NCBI RefSeq assembly: GCF_048077055.1
Contig: NZ_CP182236.1
Span: 7,450,594-7,498,593 of the forward strand
Reading direction: 5' to 3'
DNA from: Egbenema sp. FJBBOT/2019
GTDB taxonomy: Bacteria; Cyanobacteriota; Cyanobacteriia; Elainellales; Elainellaceae
Length of the DNA: 48,000 bases
Below the pieces are notes generated by a model. It did no database searches. It saw only the letters and a list, made by a program, of their open reading frames with translations, and was not told where the DNA came from. The translations under genes and the position numbers were made by a program. The number at the start of each line of letters is the position of its first letter. The first letter of the stretch is position 1. Shown here one piece after another: positions 27,290 through 36,496 of the stretch.

Positions 27290-30200
27290 ATGGAGTTTGA
27301 ACAAGCCTTTGCGATCGTCAATGCTGCGATGTATCACTGCTTCGGGCGATACCTCAAAGATATTGAGGTGACGATCTTACGGGGCAGTTGGCATCACCTG
27401 ACCTATGAGCAAATTGCCGAGTCGAGCCAGTATTCCATCAGCTACATTCGGCGGCATGTAGGGGCGAAGTTTTGGAAGCTGCTGAGTCAGGCATTGGGTG
27501 AACCCGTTAGCAAAACAAACTTTCGCAGTGCTTTGGAGCGACGGTGGCAAGAGGAGCAGCAGACCCAGCGAGAGCAGCAAAACCAGCCAAAACCAGAAGA
27601 ACATACAGGACTTGAAGAAGGCAGTACTGCTCCTATCGCTGCCTTCACGCATCTCTCTACTGTGGATTGGGGTGAAGCGATCGATGTCACCATTTTCTAT
27701 GGTCGAGAAGCAGAACTGGATACCCTGCATCAGTGGGTGATAGACGATCGCTGCCGGATGATTGCATTGCTGGGCATGGGAGGCATTGGCAAGAGTTCTT
27801 TGGCTGCCAAAATTGCACACCTTTTGCAAGATCAGTTTGAGTTTGTCATCTGGCGATCGCTGCGGAATGCCCCACCCCTCGAAACTCTACTCAGAGATGT
27901 GGTTCCATTTCTTTCCAGACAGCAAGATGCCCAGGTAACGCCCCAACGGTTTTTGCACTGGTTGCGAACGCATCGTTGTTTGGTGATTCTGGATAATGCG
28001 GAAACAATGATGCAGGCGGGCGATCGAGCCGGGCATTACCAACCGGACTATGAAAATTATGGCGAATTGCTGCGTTTAATTGGGGAAGCTGCCCATCAAA
28101 GCTGTGTGATTTTAACCAGCCGCGAAAAGCCTGCTGAAGTTGCGGTGCTGGAAGAGGTGGAAGGATATGTGCGATCGCTTCAATTGGGCGGCTCGAAAGC
28201 AGCTTCCCTTGCCCTGCTAGAGGCAAAAGGCTTACAGGGCACAGAGGCAGAAAAATTGCGGCTGTGTGAACAGTACAGCTACAGCCCTCTCGCTTTAAAA
28301 ATTGTGGCTTCTTCCATTAACAACCTCTTTGATGGCGCGATTGCCGACTTCCTCGAACAAGATACGCTCATCTTTAATGGGTTGCGTCACCTGCTAGAAC
28401 AACAGTTTGAACGGTTATCCTACCTCGAACAAACGATTATGTACTGGTTGGCAATTAACCGTGAGTGGATTTCCGTTGATGAGTTGTTAGAAGACATCAT
28501 TCCTACAGTATCCCGTGCTAGCGTTTTAGAGTCTTTGGAATCCTTATCCTGGCGATCGTTGATTGAAAGAAAATCCGGAAAATATACTCAACAGCCCGTC
28601 ATAATGGAATATGTAACCGAACAATTAATTGAACAGATTATAATTGAACTGATCACAAAAAATCTAGATTTGTTTGCTAAATTATCACTCATTAAAACAA
28701 CCGTCAAAACCTATATTCAAGATGGCCAGAAACGGCTTATTCTAAGAGCGATCGCTGAGAAACTTTGTGCTACTATTCGATCGACAGACGGACTCGAGCA
28801 GCACCTTAGAACTATTATTCAATCCCTACGAAATAATCCTACTCCATTTCCTGATTATGCCAGCGGAAATCTCATCAACCTCTACCGCTGCTTGCGATTA
28901 GATCTAACAGGCTATAATTTTTCTCACCTCACCATTCAACACGCTTGCTTGCAGGGAATTGATTTTCATCACGTTAATTTGCAAAATTCCAGCGTCTTCA
29001 AATCAACCTTTTCTCAAGTAGTGGGTGCCTTATATTCTATTGCCTTCAGTCCAGATGGAACTTTGTTGTTGGCAGGGGATATGCATGGAGCAATTAACGT
29101 TTGGCAGATTGCGAATGACCAATTACTTTTAAACTGGCAGGCTCATGCAGGATGTGTAATGAGAGTAGTCTGGCATCCCAATGGGCAAATTTTTGCCAGC
29201 GGAGGGGGTGATCCTGTTATTCGGATTTGGGATAGCCAAACCAAGCAATGCCTTCAAATATTAACGGGACATCGAGAATTTGTATTTTCACTGGCGTGGA
29301 GTCCTGATGGGCAATGGTTTGCTAGCAGTAGCGCCGATCGCACCATTAAACTCTGGAATTCGCAAACGGGTGAATGCTTGAAAACACTCGAAGGACACAG
29401 CAGCACAGTTTACTTTGTCGCTTGGAATTTGGATGGTACTCAATTAATGAGTTCCAGCAGTGACGGTACCTCTAGGCTCTGGAGCTTAGAAAGTGGAGAA
29501 TGCCTTCGGGTGTTTCAGGTTGAGGGATGCGGGTCACGCGCGATCGCCTGGAGTCCAAGTGATCCGCGACTAGTGAGCATTAGTCATGGACAGCTTTTGC
29601 GAATTTGGAATATTCAAACCGGGGAATGTTTAATTACCTTTGAGGGACATGCAAGAGAGATTTTTTCAGTCGCCTGGAGTCCCGACGGAAAAACGTTAGC
29701 AAGCTGTGGCGATGATTACACCATTAAACTCTGGAACGTTAAAACGGGTCAATGTTTAAAGACACTGCTGGGACACCAAAATTCTGTTCTATCTGTCACT
29801 TGGAACGCTGACAGTACCCTCTTAGCATCAGGAAGTCATGATCAAACTGTGAAGCTTTGGGATGTGGAGAGTGGGCAGTGTTCTCGCACGTTGCAGGGCT
29901 ACAGTAATTGGATTCGCTCTATATCCTGGAGTCCTGATGGAAAATCTCTAGTTAGTGGTGGTGCCGATAAACTCGTCAGGATTTGGGATGCAGAAACTGG
30001 AAAATGCCTGAAAAGTCTATCAGGTCATGATTCCTGGATTCTCTCCGTGCAATGGAGTCCAGACGGAAAAACGATCGCTAGCAGCAGTGCGGATAACACA
30101 GCAAAACTTTGGCAGGTTGAAACGGGACAACACCTCCACACATTGCAGGGGCATCGTCACTGGGTCTATTCCATTGCCTGGAGTCCCGATGGGAAAACTC

Positions 30201-30895
30201 TTGCCACTGGCAGTAGCTCTAACGGTCGCTCTTTGAGGTTGTGGAATGCCCAAACAGGTGAGTGTCTGAACGTTCTATACGGGCACAACAGTTGGATCTG
30301 GTGGGTCGTCTGGAGTCCGGATGGCAAGCAGATCGCGACAGGTGGTAATGACCTATTGGTCAAAATTTGGGACAGAGAAACCGGAGAATGTCTGCAAACG
30401 CTCCATGATGCTCATCTTTCAGGTCGAGCGATCGCCTGGAGTCCCGATGGCTCAACCCTAGCCACCAGCAGCGATGAACGAACTATTTTGCTCTGGGATA
30501 TCCAGACAGGAAGGTGCTTGCAACAGTTGGCAGATCATGCAGGATTGGTCTGGGCACTCAGTTGGAGTCCGGATGGACAAGTCCTGGCCAGTGCCGATGA
30601 GCAGGGAACGATTAAACTCTGGAACTGCACAACAGGGAAATGCTTCAGAAATCTACTTGGACATGAACGTCTAGTTTGGTGTGTAGCTTGGAGTCCTGAT
30701 GGTCAAAGACTTGCGAGTAGTAGCAGAGATGGGACGATCAGAGTCTGGGATATTCAAGCTGAAGAGTGCCTGCATCTACTGAGAACCGATCGCCCCTACG
30801 AAGGCATGAACATTACTGGAGTGAAAGGGCTAACAGATGCTCAAAAGAATACGCTGAAAGCATTAGGGGCGATCGATCATTCAACTTTATACTGA
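27290..30895 (+). CDS. STAND protein 3: divergent HTH + NB-ARC-type NTPase + ~14 WD40 repeats
   Basis: 1201 aa. HTH-like [75 protein letters not shown], a WD40 array of type (V/I)AWSPDG, and tail [28 protein letters not shown]. Confidence 0.85.
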   Translation: MEFEQAFAIVNAAMYHCFGRYLKDIEVTILRGSWHHLTYEQIAESSQYSISYIRRHVGAKFWKLLSQALGEPVSKTNFRSALERRWQEEQQTQREQQNQPKPEEHTGLEEGSTAPIAAFTHLSTVDWGEAIDVTIFYGREAELDTLHQWVIDDRCRMIALLGMGGIGKSSLAAKIAHLLQDQFEFVIWRSLRNAPPLETLLRDVVPFLSRQQDAQVTPQRFLHWLRTHRCLVILDNAETMMQAGDRAGHYQPDYENYGELLRLIGEAAHQSCVILTSREKPAEVAVLEEVEGYVRSLQLGGSKAASLALLEAKGLQGTEAEKLRLCEQYSYSPLALKIVASSINNLFDGAIADFLEQDTLIFNGLRHLLEQQFERLSYLEQTIMYWLAINREWISVDELLEDIIPTVSRASVLESLESLSWRSLIERKSGKYTQQPVIMEYVTEQLIEQIIIELITKNLDLFAKLSLIKTTVKTYIQDGQKRLILRAIAEKLCATIRSTDGLEQHLRTIIQSLRNNPTPFPDYASGNLINLYRCLRLDLTGYNFSHLTIQHACLQGIDFHHVNLQNSSVFKSTFSQVVGALYSIAFSPDGTLLLAGDMHGAINVWQIANDQLLLNWQAHAGCVMRVVWHPNGQIFASGGGDPVIRIWDSQTKQCLQILTGHREFVFSLAWSPDGQWFASSSADRTIKLWNSQTGECLKTLEGHSSTVYFVAWNLDGTQLMSSSSDGTSRLWSLESGECLRVFQVEGCGSRAIAWSPSDPRLVSISHGQLLRIWNIQTGECLITFEGHAREIFSVAWSPDGKTLASCGDDYTIKLWNVKTGQCLKTLLGHQNSVLSVTWNADSTLLASGSHDQTVKLWDVESGQCSRTLQGYSNWIRSISWSPDGKSLVSGGADKLVRIWDAETGKCLKSLSGHDSWILSVQWSPDGKTIASSSADNTAKLWQVETGQHLHTLQGHRHWVYSIAWSPDGKTLATGSSSNGRSLRLWNAQTGECLNVLYGHNSWIWWVVWSPDGKQIATGGNDLLVKIWDRETGECLQTLHDAHLSGRAIAWSPDGSTLATSSDERTILLWDIQTGRCLQQLADHAGLVWALSWSPDGQVLASADEQGTIKLWNCTTGKCFRNLLGHERLVWCVAWSPDGQRLASSSRDGTIRVWDIQAEECLHLLRTDRPYEGMNITGVKGLTDAQKNTLKALGAIDHSTLY

Positions 30896-30954
30896 TTGAT
30901 GTTGAGGTCCTTAGCCGATCGCTTATACATATTTTTGGCATGATGAAACCACCA

Positions 30955-31899
30955 CTAAGACCAGCCTTTGGCTAACTCAATCACTTTGGCTTTACCGCTC
31001 GGACTGATTTCACCCAGCACCCGAATGAAGTTGGAATGGGTTAAACCCGAACAGAGGAACGTCCAACGGTAGGCTTGTTGCTGTACCTCTAAAATTTCCT
31101 GGCGTTCTGAGTCGGTGAAGCGGCGATCGACCGCCCGTTCCAAATTCACCAGATCAAGGTTGACCTGTTCCATCAGCGCATCGTGCAAGAGATGCACCAG
31201 TTTCAGGTAATCCTCGATCGCCAGTTCTACAACGTCCGTTCCCAACCGTGCTGCTAAGTCATACGCCAATAGGGTATCCAGCTTGGTATGTTGGGCTTCC
31301 TCTAACCAGTGACATCGCAGTAAATCACAGAAGCAGAGATCAAGATCCTCTTCATCATTATTGCGGACACTTTCCAGGTAGTGGCTTTGCGTCGTCCATT
31401 CAAACTGCAAGGTTAATAGCAATACGCTAAGGGGATGATGCTCCAGAATTTTGGCGGCCATTGCAGCGGTGGACTCCATGCGATCGCAGGGATAACCAAA
31501 TCCGGCTTCAAAAGCAGTCGCAAACTCCTGAAACAGGTGAATATGTTTGCCCTCTTCCTCGGCAAAGCCCAATAAAGCTTGCGTTGCAAAAATGTCATCA
31601 AATCCTAGCCGCTTCACCTGCTCCAACACCATTGGAATGATAAACTGCTCTACCAGGACAAACAGATGCAGATAGCTACAGCCCCGGATATGGTTAAGGG
31701 TCAACTGTTCCGATGGATTGAGACACTCAATGTCCTCTGTTCGTACCAGCGATTCCGGTAGAAACGGTTTTGTAAAATCTAAGCACCGGGTGGGATTAAT
31801 TAAGTCATGCACTTGCCAATTCACCTTTTGGGCATCCTGCCAAACTTTTTGATAAGGATGTACCTGAGCGGTGGTTTTCGATTGCCATACCCCAGTCAT
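30955..31899 (-). CDS. Ferritin-like diiron-carboxylate oxygenase (AurF-like N-oxygenase family candidate)
   Basis: 314 aa, helical, with two ExxH motifs (FAEEEGKHIHLF and HWLEEAQHTKLD) plus upstream single Glu residues (LVEQF, LQFEW). This gives the E / ExxH / E / ExxH diiron ligand pattern. Confidence 0.55.
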   Translation of the reverse strand: MTGVWQSKTTAQVHPYQKVWQDAQKVNWQVHDLINPTRCLDFTKPFLPESLVRTEDIECLNPSEQLTLNHIRGCSYLHLFVLVEQFIIPMVLEQVKRLGFDDIFATQALLGFAEEEGKHIHLFQEFATAFEAGFGYPCDRMESTAAMAAKILEHHPLSVLLLTLQFEWTTQSHYLESVRNNDEEDLDLCFCDLLRCHWLEEAQHTKLDTLLAYDLAARLGTDVVELAIEDYLKLVHLLHDALMEQVNLDLVNLERAVDRRFTDSERQEILEVQQQAYRWTFLCSGLTHSNFIRVLGEISPSGKAKVIELAKGWS

Positions 31900-31977
31900 T
31901 GCACTAACCCGCCTTCAGCTGAAGAAAAAATCTTTCTACTAGCCTACGCTCTCTAACCTGGCTTGTGGGGATTAAAA

Positions 31978-32006
31978 AGTATGGAATTTGGGTGAAAAAA
32001 GTATGG
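31978..32006 (+). promoter_or_regulatory. Mini AGTATGG-box pair upstream of the diiron oxygenase-like gene
   Basis: AAAAAGTATGG at 31978 and AAAAAGTATGG at 32000, 22 bp apart, same strand as the other cassettes, 80-107 nt upstream of the minus-strand ATG at 31899. Confidence 0.5.
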
Positions 32007-32079
32007 TTTTAGCAAGGGCATCTGGGTACGATCCGTCCAGATGGTTCAGCCATTCGACAACGGTTATGATGCGGATAAT

Positions 32080-32187
32080 CTAGTAGAAGCGAGCGTGAAT
32101 TGAGCAACCGTAGAGCGGGCATCTTGCCCGTGCAGGCTGGAACCCTGCACTACGAAAGGTGGGCGTATTGCTACCGAGGTCTACTAG
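32080..32187. repeat. 108-bp MITE-like element, copy 2 (inverted relative to copy 1)
   Basis: CTAGTAGAAGCGAGCG...CCGAGGTCTACTAG is near-identical to the reverse complement of 23400..23507. Confidence 0.8.
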
Positions 32188-32533
32188 TGTACATGGATTC
32201 ATCAACCAATGCGATCGCAGAAGCGTTCGGAAACAGAAAACCTATACCTGCGACAACACAAACTAACACACTCTAGTGTACGAAACCTGAAAAATTTTCC
32301 ATGATATAGCGTTCACAAATTGTTTGTGAACAAGGGGGTAGGGGCAACGCCCCCACCCAGGGTTTTACCCCTGCACCCCGTTCAAATCCCACGGAGGATA
32401 GCTATATGAAGCAATAGGAAAGAGCCAGACGACACAAAAAGGTCAAATCTGGCTCTGAAGCTAAACCGAAGAGCGGACTCGGCTTAGGTTAACCTCACTA
32501 CAGTCAGGTCTGAGGTCTATTCAAGGGAGTGAT

Positions 32534-34264
32534 TTACCACAGAGCTGGTACTCCTTCGACTGCGTCATCCGCACCGCCACCAATACCACCAGGGGCATCC
32601 TGTGGGCTATCCACGCCAGGAGCGGGGCTAATACGATCGACTCCATCTTGAGCCTCGTCTTCTGGTGCAGGCACGGCAGGGGCAGCAGGGGCAGCAGGGG
32701 CAGCAGGGGCAGCAGGGGCAGGAGCTGTTTCTGCTTCAATATCAGCCGGAAGTTGCTCCTGGAGTGGGCGACCGGGTTGAGTCTCTGGAGCGCGATCGAT
32801 TATGGCATCATCGTCTAATGCATCGCCCGGTGCATCGGGTGTCAGGCCTGGTGCATCATCTGGAGTCACGCCTGGAGTTACGCCTGGAGTCGGCTCTAAT
32901 GTCCCTTCCGTGATGTCGTCATCAACATCCGTTTCATCGGCATCCGTGACAGCACCATCATCGGGCGCACCGCGATCATCCCCTACGAAGCCAGAACCCT
33001 GCCCACTGCTTTCGGGCGTAAGTCCACCATCATCGCCAACCACTGCGTCATCTTCAGGTTCGGTTTCTCTAGCTTCATCCGTGTCCTGATCGTCGTCAAC
33101 CTCAGCAGCAGTATCTTGATCCTCAGTTCGATCGCCAGGTTGATCACCAACCTCAGTATCCTGATCACTGGGCTGATCGCCAACCTCAGTATCCTGATCA
33201 CTGGGCTGATCGCCAACCTCAGTATCCCGATCGCCAGGTTGGTCATCGGCTCGATCGTCTGTTTCAGAATCATGGTCATCAGCTCGATCGCCCGCATCGG
33301 CTTCGGCAGCATCGTCTCCTCGATCGCCACCCTCGGCAGCGTCACTGTCATGACCGCCATCATCACCACGGTCAGCAGCGTCACCGCTATCATCACCACC
33401 ATGACCACCCTCGGCAGCATCGCCACCCTCGTCACCACCGTGGTCACCCTCAGCAGCATCGCCACCCTCGTCACCACCGTGACCACCCTCAGCCGCATCG
33501 CCACCCTTGTCACCACCGTCATGACCACCCTCGGCCGCATCGCCGCCATCATCACCACCGTGACCACCCTCAGCAGCGTCACCGGTATCATCACCACCGT
33601 GACCACCCTCAGCAGCGTCACCGCTATCATCACCACCGTGACCACCCTCAGCAGCGTCACCGCTATCATCACCACCGTGACCACCCTCAGCAGCGTCACC
33701 GCTATCATCACCACCGTGACCACCCTCAGCAGCGTCACCGCTATCATCACCACCGTCATGACCACCCTCGGCCGCATCGCCGCCATCATCACCACCGTGA
33801 CCACCCTCAGCAGCGTCACCGGTATCATCACCACCGTGACCACCCTCGGCCGCATCGCCACCCTCGTCACCACCGTGGTCACCCTCAGCAGCGTCACCGG
33901 TATCATCACCACCGTGGTCACCCTCAGCAGCGTCACCGGTATCATCACCACCGTGACCACCCTCAGCCGCATCGCCACCCTTGTCACCACTGTCATGACC
34001 ACCCTCGGCCGCATCACCGCCATCATCACCGCCGTGACCGCCATCATCACCGCCGTGACCGCTATCATCACCGCCGTGACCGCTATCACCATCACTATCG
34101 CCGCCACCCTCTCCAGTTGCGACCAGATCTTCACTCATAGCGATTTGTTTAGACGCAGATTCTAAACTAGCGAAGGCAGGCAAGGCAAAAAACGCGCTGA
34201 CACTTGCAACACTTGCTATGACCGCTAATCTTTTAAACAAATTTATGTTGCGACGGGAAATCAT
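32534..34264 (-). CDS. Secreted, extremely acidic Gly/His/Asp-rich tandem-repeat protein
   Basis: 576 aa. Sec-type signal MISRRNINLFKRLAVIASVASVSAFFALPAFA|S, about 20 copies of the 13-aa unit GGHGGDD(S/T/G)GDAAE (39-bp DNA period, ~33300-34110), 3 copies of DQPSDQDTEVG, and a (PAA)n tract near the C-terminus. Confidence 0.75.
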   Translation of the reverse strand: MISRRNINLFKRLAVIASVASVSAFFALPAFASLESASKQIAMSEDLVATGEGGGDSDGDSGHGGDDSGHGGDDGGHGGDDGGDAAEGGHDSGDKGGDAAEGGHGGDDTGDAAEGDHGGDDTGDAAEGDHGGDEGGDAAEGGHGGDDTGDAAEGGHGGDDGGDAAEGGHDGGDDSGDAAEGGHGGDDSGDAAEGGHGGDDSGDAAEGGHGGDDSGDAAEGGHGGDDTGDAAEGGHGGDDGGDAAEGGHDGGDKGGDAAEGGHGGDEGGDAAEGDHGGDEGGDAAEGGHGGDDSGDAADRGDDGGHDSDAAEGGDRGDDAAEADAGDRADDHDSETDDRADDQPGDRDTEVGDQPSDQDTEVGDQPSDQDTEVGDQPGDRTEDQDTAAEVDDDQDTDEARETEPEDDAVVGDDGGLTPESSGQGSGFVGDDRGAPDDGAVTDADETDVDDDITEGTLEPTPGVTPGVTPDDAPGLTPDAPGDALDDDAIIDRAPETQPGRPLQEQLPADIEAETAPAPAAPAAPAAPAAPAVPAPEDEAQDGVDRISPAPGVDSPQDAPGGIGGGADDAVEGVPALW

Positions 34265-34654
34265 ATATAGCTCCTAATTTTTCTGAAAAGAGTGTTCAAT
34301 GAGCTTCTCACGCAGGATTCGGAAGGAGTAGATGCGGATGAGAAGTGGGAGTTGATAAAGTTCCCGAATTGGAAATACCGTCCTACAGAAAAATACTGAG
34401 TCGATATGTATCGCCACGAAATGAAAGCTCAGGAAATAACCTAGCCTGAGTCAAGAATGTAACACTTCTGTCTGTGGATGTAGTTTAGGCTAACCAAAAG
34501 GAAGGTTAGCCTCTATTGTAGATTTAGAGAGGGTTTGACGCGGTTGGTGATAATTGGAAAATCTAACTTGAGGCATTAATTCTATTTTCACAGAGTATTA
34601 TGCCAAATCAAGCAAAGTGTATTTTGTAAAATCAGCGATCGTGTAAGATTTAAC

Positions 34655-35275
34655 TTACTCCTCACTCGGCGGCTCTAACTTCGGCTTCAAAACCCCTGGG
34701 ATAGACTGCAAAATCCGATCGCAAATTTGTTCTGGCGTTTCCCTCACCCCTATCCGAACATGGAGATCAGCCTGAGCATAAAGCGACTGGCGTTGGTTAA
34801 GCAGTGTTTCCAGGGTGTGTTTTGGGTCGGCTTGCTGAAGTAAAGGGCGAGAAGAGTCTGTTTTGAGGCGATCGTACAAGGCATCTACCGGAACATCTAG
34901 CCAAACAATTAGTCCATGGCGGAGATAGCTCCAGTTCATTTGCTGAAGCACAATGCCCCCGCCCGTGGCAATCACCAGCCTGGTGTAAGATGCGAGTTCT
35001 GCCAGTACTTGAGATTCAATTTGCCTGAATGCAGCTTCTCCAGAGGTTGCAAAAATCTCAGTAATGGATTGCCCGGTGGACTGTTCAATGACCATATCCG
35101 AATCAAAAAAGCGATAGCCTAAACGAGTCGCTAATTCCTGCCCAACAGTTGTTTTTCCCGCTCCCATCATCCCAATCAGGTAGAGATTTAATCCTTCCAA
35201 CCGATCGCCTGGCATTTCGTTCGCCATCGCGTTTGAGGGTTGACTGGAGATTTCATTTGGTTTTCCGTTGGTCAT
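34655..35275 (-). CDS. aroK: Shikimate kinase
   Basis: LYLIGMMGAGKTTVGQELATRLGYRFFDSDMVIEQSTGQSITEIF..GEAAFRQIESQVL is the classic AroK P-loop and shikimate-binding pattern. The true start may be an internal Met. Confidence 0.85.
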   Translation of the reverse strand: MTNGKPNEISSQPSNAMANEMPGDRLEGLNLYLIGMMGAGKTTVGQELATRLGYRFFDSDMVIEQSTGQSITEIFATSGEAAFRQIESQVLAELASYTRLVIATGGGIVLQQMNWSYLRHGLIVWLDVPVDALYDRLKTDSSRPLLQQADPKHTLETLLNQRQSLYAQADLHVRIGVRETPEQICDRILQSIPGVLKPKLEPPSEE

Positions 35276-35332
35276 TTCCTTCCCCGATCGTTTGCTAGGA
35301 ACCTGTACTCATGGACTGGTCAAGAACTGGGC

Positions 35333-36496
35333 TTATTGTACAGGGTTCGTGTTAAGCGGGCATTCTAATTTGCGAGGTAAGGTGACTCGAAAAGTTGTGC
35401 CCTGGGCGATCGTACTTTCTACTTCAATCTGGCCACCCTGGAGCCGCACACATTGTTGAGCAATGGCCAAACCTAATCCAGTTCCAGGAATTTTCCCAAC
35501 ATTTTCCGCCCGATAAAACGGTTCAAAGAGTCTGGTTTGAGCCTCCCCTGGAATGCCAATTCCCTGATCCTCCACTTCCAAACAAACGGTTTGCTCATTC
35601 CAGGACAGCCGCAATTGCACATCTCCACCCTGCGGTGAGTATTTAATTGCATTCGATAGTAAGTTGTTTAACAGGTGCCACAGCAGCTTGGCATCCAGGA
35701 GCACCGAGCACTGATCGGCTTGGGAGGACAGATTGAGCGTATAGGCTTCCCCTATCCCTAATTGCAGCGTTTCCAGTTGTTCCTGGCAAAACTCAACCAT
35801 TTCAATCGGCATGGGAAAACATTCTAAATACTCTGAGCCAGTGCGTTCCAGCGTTAGCACATCCTCCAGAAGATAATTCAGGCTATCGGCAGCCATCTGA
35901 ATTTGTTCGAGAAAATAGCGGCGACGATCGGGGGAAAGCTCCTCCCCTTGCCGATGCAAAATTTCGGAGGCAAACCGAATCATTGCCAGGGGATTGCGGA
36001 GTTCGTGGGATACCATTGACAATAGCTCAGACTTCGACTGAATTTGCGCTTCTGCTTGTTGCTTGACGGTTTCAGTAGTGGTTAGCGCCTTGCGAATATT
36101 CGATTCAATCTGATGCCGGGACAAAGCCACTTCGATCGTCGTAGACAACATACTTTCGTTGAACGGCTTGACGATGTAGCCAAAAGGGTAGGTGTCCTTC
36201 ACGCGGGACAGGGTCGTGCGATCGGCATAGGCAGTCAGGTAGACGATCGGGACATCAAATTGCGTCTGAATCCGTTCAGCGGTCTGAATTCCATCTAACT
36301 CCCCTGCCAGGTGAATGTCCATCAAAATTAAATCCGGTAGCTGAAGCTCAACCTGCTGAATTGCTACTTCGCCTGAGGCAACCAGGTCCGTCACCGTATA
36401 TTCCAGAGATTCCAAAATCTCTCGCAGATCATCTGCAACCAGTTGTTCATCTTCGACGACCAGAATTCTAGCAGTAGGCATGGTTTCATGAAGCAC
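35333..36496 (-). CDS. Hybrid response regulator / histidine kinase (REC-HisKA-HATPase)
   Basis: REC ILVVEDEQLVADDL...DLILMDIHL, H-box LSMVSHELRNPLAMI, N-box LLNNLLSNAIKY, G-boxes DQGIGIP and GTGLGLAIA. Confidence 0.85.
   Translation of the reverse strand: MLHETMPTARILVVEDEQLVADDLREILESLEYTVTDLVASGEVAIQQVELQLPDLILMDIHLAGELDGIQTAERIQTQFDVPIVYLTAYADRTTLSRVKDTYPFGYIVKPFNESMLSTTIEVALSRHQIESNIRKALTTTETVKQQAEAQIQSKSELLSMVSHELRNPLAMIRFASEILHRQGEELSPDRRRYFLEQIQMAADSLNYLLEDVLTLERTGSEYLECFPMPIEMVEFCQEQLETLQLGIGEAYTLNLSSQADQCSVLLDAKLLWHLLNNLLSNAIKYSPQGGDVQLRLSWNEQTVCLEVEDQGIGIPGEAQTRLFEPFYRAENVGKIPGTGLGLAIAQQCVRLQGGQIEVESTIAQGTTFRVTLPRKLECPLNTNPVQ

Noticed and set aside
33300-34110. Regular 39-bp repeats considered as a CRISPR array
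   Set aside because: The units are contiguous with no unique spacers, the period is a multiple of 3, and they lie within a long ORF. This is a coding tandem repeat.
32983-34165. Long ORFs in alternative frames and on the opposite strand across the 39-bp repeat block (383 aa minus strand, 349 aa plus strand)
   Set aside because: These are stop-free frames produced by the repeat. Their products are monotonous V/T/M/I strings with no start context. Only the 576-aa frame has a signal peptide and a unique N-terminus.
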